Source: Camelus ferus
Lineage: Eukaryota
DNA length: 64,000 nt
NCBI RefSeq assembly: GCF_009834535.1
Contig: NC_045716.1
Coordinates: 29,016,001-29,080,000, forward strand
Direction: 5' to 3'
Part shown: positions 49,800 to 59,880 of the stretch, in pieces
How positions within the stretch are numbered: the stretch's first letter is position 1
How the letters are laid out: each line of letters starts with the position of its first letter
Notes under the pieces: generated by a model
The model's database searches: none
Told to the model about the DNA's origin: nothing
Seen by the model: only the letters and a program-made list of their open reading frames with translations
Program-made: the position numbers and the translations under genes

Positions 49800-52700
49800 G
49801 TGCGTACGCGGGCGGGCGGGCGGGCCGCTCCGGCGCCAGCCTCGCTCTCCGCCTCCCCTCCTCTTCTCCTTCCCAGCCCCGGGGGCTCCGGAGGGGGCCC
49901 GGGGGCTTCGCCGAGCCCAGGAGGCCAGGGGCGGGCCCGGGGGAGGCGCCGCCCAGACCTGCACCTGCCGCCGGCACAGGCCGGATCCTCCCCTTCCGTC
50001 CCGACCTCCGCTCCGCCCAGCCGTCTGTCCGCGGGCTCTGTTGGTTCTTGCTCCCCAGCTTCTGTCCATCCTGCTCCGCCCACCCGGACGACTGACAGCC
50101 TTATCTGTGCTCAGCAGCCAGAGGTCCGACCGTGGCTCACCCTTGGCTAAAGTCTCTTCAGTGGCTTCTCATTGCCGTAGGATCACTTCTGAATGACCCC
50201 CCTCCCCATACCACTGACACCCTCCTCTCAACCAACGGAATTACTGGTAGCCACCCCGCCCCCGGCCGGCGCTGCTCTCTCACCTCCGGGCCTCTCACCT
50301 GGACCCCTCCCTTCCTCCCCCACGCCCATCCCCTTCACTGGCCACCACACGTGCCATTTTCTCTGGAAACTGTTTCTGAAGCCTAAGACTGAGCTGCGTG
50401 GCCATCCACACGCTCCCACTGCACAAAGCCTTGGTGTCCTCCCGGGCCTTCTGTAAGGCCAGGCTTCTGCAGTGGTCCTCTCCTCAGGTTCTTGGCCTGT
50501 TGGCTTCTCTCTTAGCACGTGCTACGTTGTTCATCAGTTGTCGGATTTGTGGACTGTCTCCTTCACCCGATGTCATCCCCATTAGGCCAGGGACAACGTC
50601 TTGTACACTGTGTCTGGGCGGCACCAGGCTTTGGCCAGAAGCAGTGAATTGTGGCCTGTGGGAGCCTGGGGAGGACACTTAACTCCGGGGTTAGGTCGGT
50701 CAGAAATGGCTGTGGAGAGATGAAAGGAGGCCTGCGCCGAGCCTTGAAGGGTTTAGAGCGGGAGCATGGCAGTGCCTCTGCCAGGCGACAAGACTGTAGT
50801 AGCTCAGGTATTGAGAACCAGCCAGTATTTCGGGGCGGGAGGAGAGCACGTGCTAGGAGTGGGCCCCCCCGCCGTGGAAAGTGAGTGACCCGACAGGGCT
50901 GGTGGTCAGGCTGCACTCAGACCTGCTTTTCAGAGCTGTCCTCTCTTCCTGGCCACCCCAGTGATGCTCCTGTGCAGAGGGGCGAGAACCTCCTCAGACT
51001 AGATCAGGTTCTCTGAAGACAGATTGTAGTATTGAGCAGCAGGTTTTAGGGAGTGAGAGCGTGTGGGCGCTTGGCCATTCCTCCCTCCTGAGGGTCCTGT
51101 GTCAGTGCACATGGGGTGGACTCCTGTCACTTCAGCCAAGTCACCCTTTCTTGCAGAATTACCCCCTTTACATCCGCAGCGTCCCCACGGAGAGCGAGCT
51201 CAAGTTCCACTACATGGTGCACACATCCCTGGACGTGGTGGATGAGAAGATCTCTGCAATGGGGAAGGCCCTGGTGGACCAGAGGGAGCTCTACCTGGGC
51301 CTGCTCTACCCCACGGAGGACTACAAGGTGTATCCTCACGCCTGGCAGCGGGTGGTCGCTCTGCAGGGCTTCGCATTGGGGGCTCTGCCTGTAGTTGGGG
51401 GGTGCGCTGGAGCAGCAGATCCCCTTGGAAGGCATCTAGGCACATCACTTGGAAAAGAAAAAAGATGTGGGCTTTTGGCCAGTGGGGAGTTAGAGCAGCT
51501 CGAGGCCAGCTAGGACCTCCCATCTTTTTTTCTTTAATGAGGAGGATAAAGTGGGAATAGCCAGGCTTGAATTGCCTGGAGAACTGTGACAGTCTGCACC
51601 TGTCCCTTGGGTTTGTGGAAGAATTAGGGACTCTCTCACTTGATGCCTGTGAGGACTCCTCTCTGTGTCTTCTCAGAGGGGCCATCATCTCCTGAGTAAC
51701 GGGGTGGTGTTCATTCATGTCACCATCAGGCCCAGCCCCATGAGTCACTGTAAAATCTTGACCAGTTCTTGGGACAAGTGGCCCGAAACCCATGGAATTC
51801 AAAGATGTTCCCATAAGCAGTAACGTAACTCACCCAGTGTCATATGCCCGGGAGCCACTGTTCCACAAGAAATAGTGGCCTTTAGAGGTCTGGGCACCTT
51901 AGTTAGGATTTGCCTTATTCATGCAAACTCTGGTTTTGCAGTTAACATTCCTGAGGCAGGAATTGATTCAGAAAGAGGGCAGGTCACCCTGCGGTTTGAG
52001 CCATTATAGCTGCTGCCCTTTGCTCCTCCACTAAATACCAGAAGCTGCCCCAATGAAGTGTCCAGACACACCCGGCATGGTCGTGTCGTCCTGGCACTGC
52101 GGATGGACCCAGCTGGTTGTCATGTTTCTCCAAAGCAGCTCAGGAGCTGTGGCACGTGCACAGATGGCCCTCTGCGCGTGTGCACTGCACGGCGAGGTGC
52201 CTTCGGGCCGCCACGGGTCCCCTGTGTCAGGAGCGTGTTCCCTAACCAGCTGTGCAGATACGGCTACGTGACCAACTCCAAGGTCAAGTTTGTCATGGTG
52301 GTGGACTCCTCCAACACGGCGCTGAGAGACAACGAGATCCGCAGCGTGAGTGCAGGGCGGGCGGTGCGCCGGCGGTCGCAGGCGTTGAAATGCTGAGAGG
52401 CCACGTGTGTGGCAGCAGCCGTGTGCACGTGTGGATGCAGCATGGTGCTGGCTCTTGTTTCAGATGTTCCGGAAGCTGCACAACTCCTACACAGATGTCA
52501 TGTGCAACCCCTTCTACAACCCGGGGGACCGCATTCAGTCCAGGTGGGATATGACCCCCCCCACCACCGGGCGGGCCCTGCTGAAGGGAGGGAGGGGGAG
52601 GGAAGTCCTCTTCAAGCGACAGGCGCTGTTCTTCTGAGGCGGCCATTCTGAAGCAGCAAGACCCTGCTTTTTCCAAACACACTCCTGCACGGATCTCCAA

Positions 52701-53389
52701 CACGTAAAACAGACCGGAGAGGAGTTGGGGAGTGGGGCAGGGACAAGGCTCGCCCATCTGGCTTCCCAGGTGCGCCCAGCAGGTGCTCGGGCGCCTACCC
52801 AGATCCCAGTGAGGGCCCAGGCATGTGGACAAGAGCATTTTGGGAGAAAGCCCAATTTTGTCTGTGATGTTGAACTTGGACGCTTAAGAAGTGAGGTTGC
52901 AGGTATCTTCCCAGCAGCCTTCAGGTAAACACAGACTGAGCCTCACAAGGATGCTTCCCAAAGGAGTGTTCACGTACACACACTCCAGCCCTGCCTCCCG
53001 GGAATCCCCTCTGTTCCCAGAAACTTCCCGAGGGGCTCCCTGGAGCCAGCAGGTGACCCCAGCCAGGCCTTTCCTGTGGTGCCATCCCTCAGCGGTGACA
53101 TTGGCTCATTCTGGGTCCCAGCCTTGCCTGGAGACCCAGCCTTGCCTGGAGACCCAGGCAGGGCAGCACCACGGGAAAGCGTGCAGGAATGAGGCCGGAG
53201 GCTCAGACTCCCACTGCCTGGTGTGGCAGGACGCAGCCTGGCCTCAGCCGAGGTTACTCATCTGGACCCCGGAGACTGACGTCTCTGCCGGTAGGGGATG
53301 GCGGCTAGGGCTGCTTCCCTGACTGACCTGTTTCTTTCTGCAGGGCCTTTGACAGCATGGTGACGTCCATGATGGTACAGGTCTGCTGA
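49767..53389 (+). CDS. TRAPPC2L: Trafficking protein particle complex subunit 2-like, join(49767..49799,51157..51329,52258..52345,52464..52543,53344..53389), 139 aa
   Basis: [30 protein letters not shown]...[16 protein letters not shown]...MMVQVC*; 420 nt in frame. Confidence 0.97.
51157..51329 (+). CDS. TRAPPC2L: TRAPPC2L exon 2
   Basis: NYPLYIRS...PTEDYKV|gtatcctc (U12-type donor). Confidence 0.96.
51330..52257 (+). other. U12-type (minor spliceosome) GT-AG intron, TRAPPC2L intron 2
   Basis: 5' splice site GTATCCTC; branch site TTCCCTAAC at 52238-52246, 12 nt from the AG; no polypyrimidine tract. Confidence 0.88.
52258..52345 (+). CDS. TRAPPC2L: TRAPPC2L exon 3
   Basis: [12 protein letters not shown]...DNEIRS|gtgagt. 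Confidence 0.96.
52464..52543 (+). CDS. TRAPPC2L: TRAPPC2L exon 4
   Basis: [26 protein letters not shown]. Confidence 0.96.
53117..53157. repeat. Perfect 18-bp tandem repeat (x2.3) in TRAPPC2L intron 4
   Basis: cccagccttgcctggaga x2 plus cccag. Confidence 0.93.
53344..53389 (+). CDS. TRAPPC2L: TRAPPC2L exon 5 (coding part)
   Basis: [14 protein letters not shown]. Confidence 0.95.
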
Positions 53390-53504
53390 GGGGAAGCGTT
53401 CTGTACATAACTGCTGTTCAGATGTATATTTATAACTTTTAACCTCTTCCCGGGTGTCACGGATGTGCCGCGGTGGGGCGGGGCCTCATGCACGCTGCGT
53501 GTCC

Positions 53505-53510
53505 ACTAAA
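53505..53510 (+). terminator. Candidate TRAPPC2L poly(A) signal ACTAAA (alternative ATTAAA at 53822-53827)
   Basis: UGUA elements upstream (about 53402 and 53423) and a U/GU-rich tract downstream. Confidence 0.45.
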
Positions 53511-55700
53511 GGTCTTGCGAGATCAGGCTTGGCTTTTTCCTTCTGTGTCAGCAGAGGGTTTAACTTAGTCAAAGAGACTTTACCTGGGACTTTTCAGGGC
53601 CAAGGAAGAGGTCAGAGACCAGACAGAGCAGAGAATGTTGTCCCCACTGGGCACAGAGGGGCAGGGGGAGCAGGGTGACAGGAGCTCGCAGAGCTGGGAG
53701 CCCAGGAGAGGCTGCGAGGGGGCAGAAGGGCTCCCTGCTCCACTGTCCCTCCCGCCGCACCCTCCAGTGGCTGAGCAGGTGGGCTGGCCTGTTGGGGTCA
53801 GCCTCCGGTGCCCAGGGCTGGATTAAAGGGGCACACAGGTCGGCCTGCAACCTTCCCTCCTGGGGAGGGCCCTCCTCTTTCTGGTCATGCCCCGGCCTTG
53901 GACGGCAGCCTTCTCGGGATAACCGCACCGTCTCATCAGCTGCTGCCTGCTTTCTGGGCATCGAACGAGCAGATTCCAAGAGCCCTCTGCCATCAGTTAG
54001 TGCACGGCGGTTCCTGGGGCCAGGAGGGCGTTAGGAGATGAGCCCCCTTCCCCGCTGTCCCCCAGGCACCCGGGGGGTGACTACACTGGGTGACAGCCCT
54101 AACGAGTTGACCATGGTTGAGGTGACAGCCCCTTCTGGGATCAGGTGGCCCAGGTTCTAGTGCCCTTTGTTGTTTGCGAACGGGGCTCGTGAAGTGGAAG
54201 AGGACCCTCCGGGTCTGAGCCCACCCGCAGTCTGCTCCATGCTGTTTCAGCTGGCTTCCCTGAGTCAGATACCCCAAAACCACTGTGAGTCCCTCTGTTC
54301 CCCCTTATCCCCCACCATCACTCCAGAGAGGGTCTCTGACCAGGAGGGAGGTGGCTCAGACCCCCTGAAAATGGGGTGGGGGGGCTGTGAGGGTCGTCGG
54401 CCTAGGGCTGGGACTGGGACGCGCTCTATTTGCTTGTCTGTGGGTTTCCTTCCCGTCCTATGAGCACAGGATTCATTTTTCAAATTACAGAACTGGGAGC
54501 ATGTGTTACAGACACAAGTCTCAGGTCTCCCCCACCCCGCCTGCCACAGATGGAACTGGTGCCCCTGGCGGGGGGCCCAGAAGTGCCGACAAGCAGGTGC
54601 TGATTCTGACGCAGGCCGCCCCCACACAGGATTTCTCTCCACAGCCCATACTCAAATCTTTGGTTGAGCTTTTAGTAGTGGTCTCTCCTGCCTGAGTCAT
54701 GGCTGAGGCAGGGACTGCATGTTGCCAACCCAACGTCCATTCTTCCTTGCTTCCTTTCTAACAGAACCCTGGTGGTGTTGGGGACAATGACCAGACAAAA
54801 GACACTTCCTCCCTCCCAAGGGCAGGCAGTTACGGCATGTAAATGGGCGGTGTTGGGAGGCACTTGGAGGAGAGAGATTTCAAAAGGGGATTCGGCTGGC
54901 AGTTCCTTCATCTTTTCCCTGCTACAAGGGCCAACGCGGACCCCAGATCACAAGGGGAGTGTGAGCCTGGCCTGAGCGAGGAAGTCGAAGACTGGACGGA
55001 GAGCGAAGAGGCCCGTCCTCTCATCCTCCCCAGAGAACACTGTCTTCGCTGGTGCTGGAGAGGAGACGCTGGGACTGGGGACCATCCACCTGTGGCTTGG
55101 AGCCCAGAGCAGCTGTGTTCGTGGCTTAAAGAACTGATAATCAAAAAATTACAAGGCGAAGAGAGTTGCTTCAGAAAAGGCCAGGGAGGGACTCGCTAGT
55201 AATCATTTAAGGCCAGAACCTGGTGGCCTGCAGTCCTCGCCCCAGGTCTTTCCCAGCCCTGAATGCAGTCAGAGGACAGAGAGCAACATTGTACCTTCAG
55301 GGAGGAAGCTGACGTGTCTGCGTCAGAGGGGACGACAGTCACCGTGCCAGCATGGAAAACTCCTCTGCTTCCCGGTCTGAGAAGGGCCAGGCCTGTGCCA
55401 GGTGCCCGGGGACACACGGAGCAGGCAGGGTCTGTGTCACTCGCCAAGGGAGGAGCATGTGCCAGCAGACCTGGGGTGAAGACCCAGTGAAGCTTGCCCC
55501 TGCAGCACGGGTCTGGCGGGGCTGCCGCAGGCCCCGTGCTATCCGTTGGCTGTGAGTGGGCCGTGGTTGGAGCTGGGGCTCAGGGCCCCGGCCACACCCC
55601 ATCACCTGCCTTCTTTGCAGAGTCTGCCCCTGAGGAAACCGCGTGCCAGCAAGGTGAAGTAAGGAGATCTGCTGCCATATGCTTTTAAAAAATATTCAAG

Positions 55701-55706
55701 TTTAAT
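55701..55706 (-). terminator. PABPN1L poly(A) signal ATTAAA
   Basis: plus tttaat in an AT-rich patch about 300 nt past the stop. Confidence 0.7.
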
Positions 55707-56002
55707 AATTTATGCTTTACCACTAAGACACATAGTTCTGCTTTCCTATAAAAGGCAACCCGACGCTGACCCCGTGCCGCCTTTGGCCCGGTGCCCCGCA
55801 GAGCCCCGACTAGCACGCCGTGCCAGGCCCACCCAGTGCCCTGCTTCGGGAGCGGAGGCTTGGGTCCCGGGCTGCGGCCCGTCCTCCGGCCCAGTGAAGG
55901 GGCCGGGGCAGTTATTCTGCGCGGAGTAACCAGTCCCGCGTGCAGCACCGCCGTCCTCTCCCGACCCAGCCCCCGCCCCGCTCTCCCAGTCGGGTCCTCC
56001 CT

Positions 56003-56042
56003 TCAGTAGGGCGAGTACCACGGCGAGAACCTTCCGCGCGCC
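56003..56042 (-). CDS. PABPN1L: PABPN1L exon 7 (coding part)
   Basis: [12 protein letters not shown]. Confidence 0.93.
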
Positions 56043-58626
56043 CTGCACGGAGAGAGACGGCGGTGAGCGGCCTCCAGGCCCGCCCGCCGGAGCCCCGCCC
56101 TCGGGCCCCGCCCGCCTACCGGTTCCGCCCTCGTGGTCTGAAAGGGGCCCCGCCCTGGAGGCTGCTGTGGGTGAAGGGTGGCCCCCGGGCGCTTGGGTGT
56201 CCCCGAAGGCCTCCGCGGTCCGTGGAGCTGATCCCTGGCAAGTTGGTCCTTTTGGGCAGCACCTGAAAGCAAAGGACGAGTCTGCCCGAGACCGCTGTTC
56301 TCACACCCTCCTCCCCAGCCCAGGGCAGCGTGCTGGGCTAAAGCTGCCTCCAGGAAGCTGTCCTGGGTTTCTCTATGGAAGACTCACAGACAAGTGCGCA
56401 CAGGCCCCAGCGCCCACCAGGCCCTGGCTGTCCCAAGGCATGGGGCTGCCCGAGGCATCAGACCCTCACCTGTTCCCAGCCATCTCAAGATCCCCACTTA
56501 GGCCCAAACAGTCCAGCCACAGCCGTGGTCATGTGACGTGCCTCTGTCAAGCCATTTCCTCCTGCAGGGGGCAGTCTGGTTCGGGAAGGAAGCCTCCCCG
56601 GAACTACACCCAGGCCAAACCCACACTGGAGATTGGAGAAGTGTCAGGCTGGGGCAGTTGTGTGTCCTTGGTCGGTGCCTCAGCCTCTTCGTGCCTGCCT
56701 CTCCCGGCCCCTTGGGGATTAATGGGTTAACACAGAGATGCTCAGAGCAGAGCCCCCCACCCCACGCCGTGCGGTGACTGGTGGGGGACACACACCTTGA
56801 TGACCCGGCCTCGGAAGACACTCTTGTCCAGTTCCACGGCAGCCTGGGCCGAGCTCTCGGTGGCAAACTCTATGTAGGCATAGCTGCGGAGGGGCGGGGC
56901 AGGGCAGGTAAGGGCTCACCTGCACGGCTCTATCTCCTGGCGCCCCACCCCTCCCTGAGGCCCCTTCCCTGAGGGCCCCCGCACTGACCCCTTGGGGTGT
57001 CCGGAGAACTTGTCGCACAGGATGGTGACCCGGTGGATCTCCCCGCAGTGGTTGAAATGGGCCTCCAGCTCCTGGGCTGTGCCCCCGTAGTCCACCTGCA
57101 GGCACAGGCCCTGGTGTGGGGTGGCTCACCCTCCCGGGGGCTTCCGCACGTTTTCTTGGTAGAGAGAGGTTGATGGGGCCCCGAGGCCTCTGCTCCCCAG
57201 CCCCACCAGGGGCCAACTGGGTACCCAGATGAATGCTCCCCAAGTTTACTGGCCTGTGCAAAGGCCGTGTGGCTTTTTAAAGTAGAATTCGTTGATCAGC
57301 CAACTGGGAGATTCATGTGGAAATCCCGAATCCCAGTCCTTGGTGGGAAATCAGGCCTAACCACAGCAGGCCCACGCTCCCTCCTGGGGACGGCCCCCTC
57401 GTTGGACCCGCCCTCCTGATTTTCCCTTCCAGGCCTGTGTGGCTTTTGAGTTTGCTGCCTATACGTGTCCCTTCTTCTCATCCTCAGAGCCACGAGGAAG
57501 CTGTAGACCCCGTCTCGCTCCCCTTCCTCACTCACGTTGCCCACGTAGACGGATCTGTGGTCGGCCTCCGTCTTCTCTGCCGGGGTGTCTGTTGGGAGAG
57601 GGGCCTCAGGACCGCAGGGCTTGCCCTGGGCAGGGACTCAGTCCTCAGCCCTCGGGGGAGACAGTCGCCCCTGGGGGCCTGTCTAGAAGGACCCATGCCA
57701 GGCCTGGCCTCTCCCCAGGAGACAGCACTGTTCCTGCAGCAGCTTGCGGCCACCCCAATTTACAAGCAGAGGGGGGCCAGAGCCGCCTGCCAGAGGACTG
57801 GGGGCCACCTGCCCGGGGAAGGGGTTGGCCTGGCTGGCCGGCTCCTACCTGGCTCAGGGCTCAGCAGCTGCCGGACTGGCCCAGCCCCGGGGCCCTCCTC
57901 TTCCCTCTCCTGGCCCTGCACCCCAGGCGGCTCCTGCCCCTGGGCCTGCTCCATGGCCCACAGCTTCAGTCTGATGGCCTCCAGCTCCTGCCAGCAGAGG
58001 CCCAGGCTGAGCCCTGAGGCACGATGGCCCCAGGCTCCTCTGGAGGGAGGGGAGAGGGGAGTGGGCCTGACCCTGCCCGTTCTGAGGGTCGTGCTGGGGG
58101 CTCCTCGAAGGGGAGAGGGAAGGCCAGGTGGGCCTGCAGAGAAGCCCTTGTAACCCACCCCCAACACAGAGGCCCCTCCAGGCCAGAGGAGCCGCCCTGC
58201 CCCTCCCCCCTAGCCTGTGCAGGGGTGGGTGTCCCTACTCCCTCTTCCGGACAGGGGGACATTGGCTCTCTCACATTTGGGGTACAAGCTCTGCCGTCCG
58301 TACCCCCGCCCCCGAACCCTGGGACTCCTGAGATCCCCAGCCAGCCTCTGCCCGGCGCTCCACGTGGCTGTTACCTGGTCAGGTCCCGGACACTCGGCCA
58401 GGTCCGCCCTCTCCAACAGAGACAGCAGGATGCCGGCATCCTCCGCGTCCTCTCCCTCCACTTCCCCTGTCTTCCCTTCCTTCCCGCCCCCACCCCCTGA
58501 GCCCAGAGGGGTCTTCTCCGTCCAGCTCCAGGCCCCCCAGCCCTGGGCCTCAGGGTCTGAGGAAGCCTTCCGGAGCCAGGCCTCACTGGGGGGTGGGAAG
58601 AGAGCGCGGCTGAGGAAGGGCCACAT
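56003..58626 (-). CDS. PABPN1L: Embryonic poly(A)-binding protein 2 / PABPN1-like, complement(join(56003..56042,56120..56262,56796..56883,56989..57095,57536..57588,57849..57987,58375..58626)), 273 aa
   Basis: [13 protein letters not shown]; coiled coil [13 protein letters not shown]; RRM with SVYVGNVD (RNP2) and KGYAYIEF (RNP1); C-terminal FSPWYSPY; 822 nt in frame. Confidence 0.94.
56120..56262 (-). CDS. PABPN1L: PABPN1L exon 6
   Basis: [18 protein letters not shown]...GRNR. Confidence 0.95.
56796..56883 (-). CDS. PABPN1L: PABPN1L exon 5
   Basis: [10 protein letters not shown]...FRGRVIK. Confidence 0.95.
56989..57095 (-). CDS. PABPN1L: PABPN1L exon 4
   Basis: [14 protein letters not shown]...DKFSGHPKG. 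Confidence 0.95.
57536..57588 (-). CDS. PABPN1L: PABPN1L exon 3 (acceptor inferred from frame)
   Basis: cccctctcccaacag|[18 protein letters not shown]|gtgagt. Confidence 0.8.
57849..57987 (-). CDS. PABPN1L: PABPN1L exon 2
   Basis: [14 protein letters not shown]...LLSPEP|gtagga. Confidence 0.92.
58375..58626 (-). CDS. PABPN1L: PABPN1L exon 1
   Basis: MWPFLSR...AECPGPDQ|gtaaca. Confidence 0.93.
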
Positions 58627-59844
58627 GGTGATGGGGGAGGAGGGCGGGCAGGTCCTCCGTGCTCACCTCCACGCCAGCACCTGCCCGCCCGCCGGAGTTT
58701 TAAGCCCTCCCCCAGGCCAGCTGCTCCCACTAGAGCACCTCAGAGCTTCCTGGCTAGGGCCGGGCCTCCACCCTGACTTCTGGGCCTGAGGCTTCAGAGG
58801 CCAGACCCCTACCCCTGGGCCCCTCCTCCTCACGGGGCAGGCCCCTCCAGAACACTCAAGGTGGAGAGGGGCAGCTGGGGTGGAGCCTCACTTGCCACAA
58901 CTCTGGAGCTAGGAAGCTACTGGGGTCGCCGGTCCATGTCCCTCACTCAGCACCGCACCTCCAGTGGGCAGCCCCAGTTAGGTTGACACAGGTGCGAGCG
59001 AATGACCTGAGCGTGCGGAAGTGGGAAGGGGGCCCATGGGGTCAGAGCAGGCTTCCTGGAGGAGGTGGCATTTGAGACAGCCTTCACAAATTGGGTCATG
59101 CAGAGCCCAGGCGGCCTGGGGCCTGGAGGGGAGACGGACGCCTCTGTCCCTCCTCCTGACCTCTCATCGATTCCCCATGGCCCCTTTCCTCCCCACCCCC
59201 ATTCTGGGCCAGCTTTTGGGTGGGAGCCACTCAAATGCATCCGGAATCCTGCTGGGGCGCGGGGCAGGATGGTGAACTCTGTGCAGATCCCGCGGATCCT
59301 GGGGGCGGAGGACAGTTTGTGAAGGCCCGGCCTCTGCCCCTCGCTCTCCCGCGGGCAGCTGCAGGCCGTTGTCCCGGGGCGCTCTGGGCTCTGTCTGTCC
59401 TCCCCGAGCAGCTGCTCTGGCTTCCTCTCGCCCCGGCTTTGTTTTGGGAGCGCTCTTTCTGTGTCTTCATCCTCCTGACGTGTTTCTGGGGACCCCTCTG
59501 GGAGGGTCTGCCCCCCTCCCCAGCCCACAGCCTGCCCTCGGGGCCCTAATTGGTGGGTCCCAGTCAGTCCAGTCGGGGTCTCTTCCTGGGAACGTGGAAG
59601 TGGGGAAGGGAATGGTTGCAGACTGTGACCCCCGGGCGCCGTGCACCCTGGAAGGAAGTGGGGGGGCACTGCAGCTGTCTTTCTTCTCCGACTCTGTTCT
59701 CACCTCGGCAGAGGCTGAGCTAAGACTGCATAGTGCCCCCTGCCCGACCCCGGGCCCTGAGGAAAGCTGGTCTGTGGGCAGTCTCCTGGCCTGAGCTGGC
59801 TGTGAGCCTGTAGGCAGGGCCTACCCGCTGCCCACCCCCTTGCT

Positions 59845-59880
59845 GGGACACCCCCTCTTCCCGGGACACCCCCTCTTCCC
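59845..59880. repeat. Perfect 18-bp tandem duplication upstream of PABPN1L
   Basis: gggacaccccctcttccc x2. Confidence 0.93.

Noticed and set aside
51520-52060. AT-richer interior of the TRAPPC2L U12 intron as a snoRNA host
   Set aside because: I could not identify paired C/D boxes with a terminal stem or an H/ACA double hairpin; an Infernal/Rfam scan would settle it
57589-57640. Upstream AG acceptors for PABPN1L exon 3
   Set aside because: All are out of frame with exon 2
57317-58153. 278-aa + strand ORF antisense to PABPN1L
   Set aside because: No homology recognised; explained by GC-rich exons on the other strand
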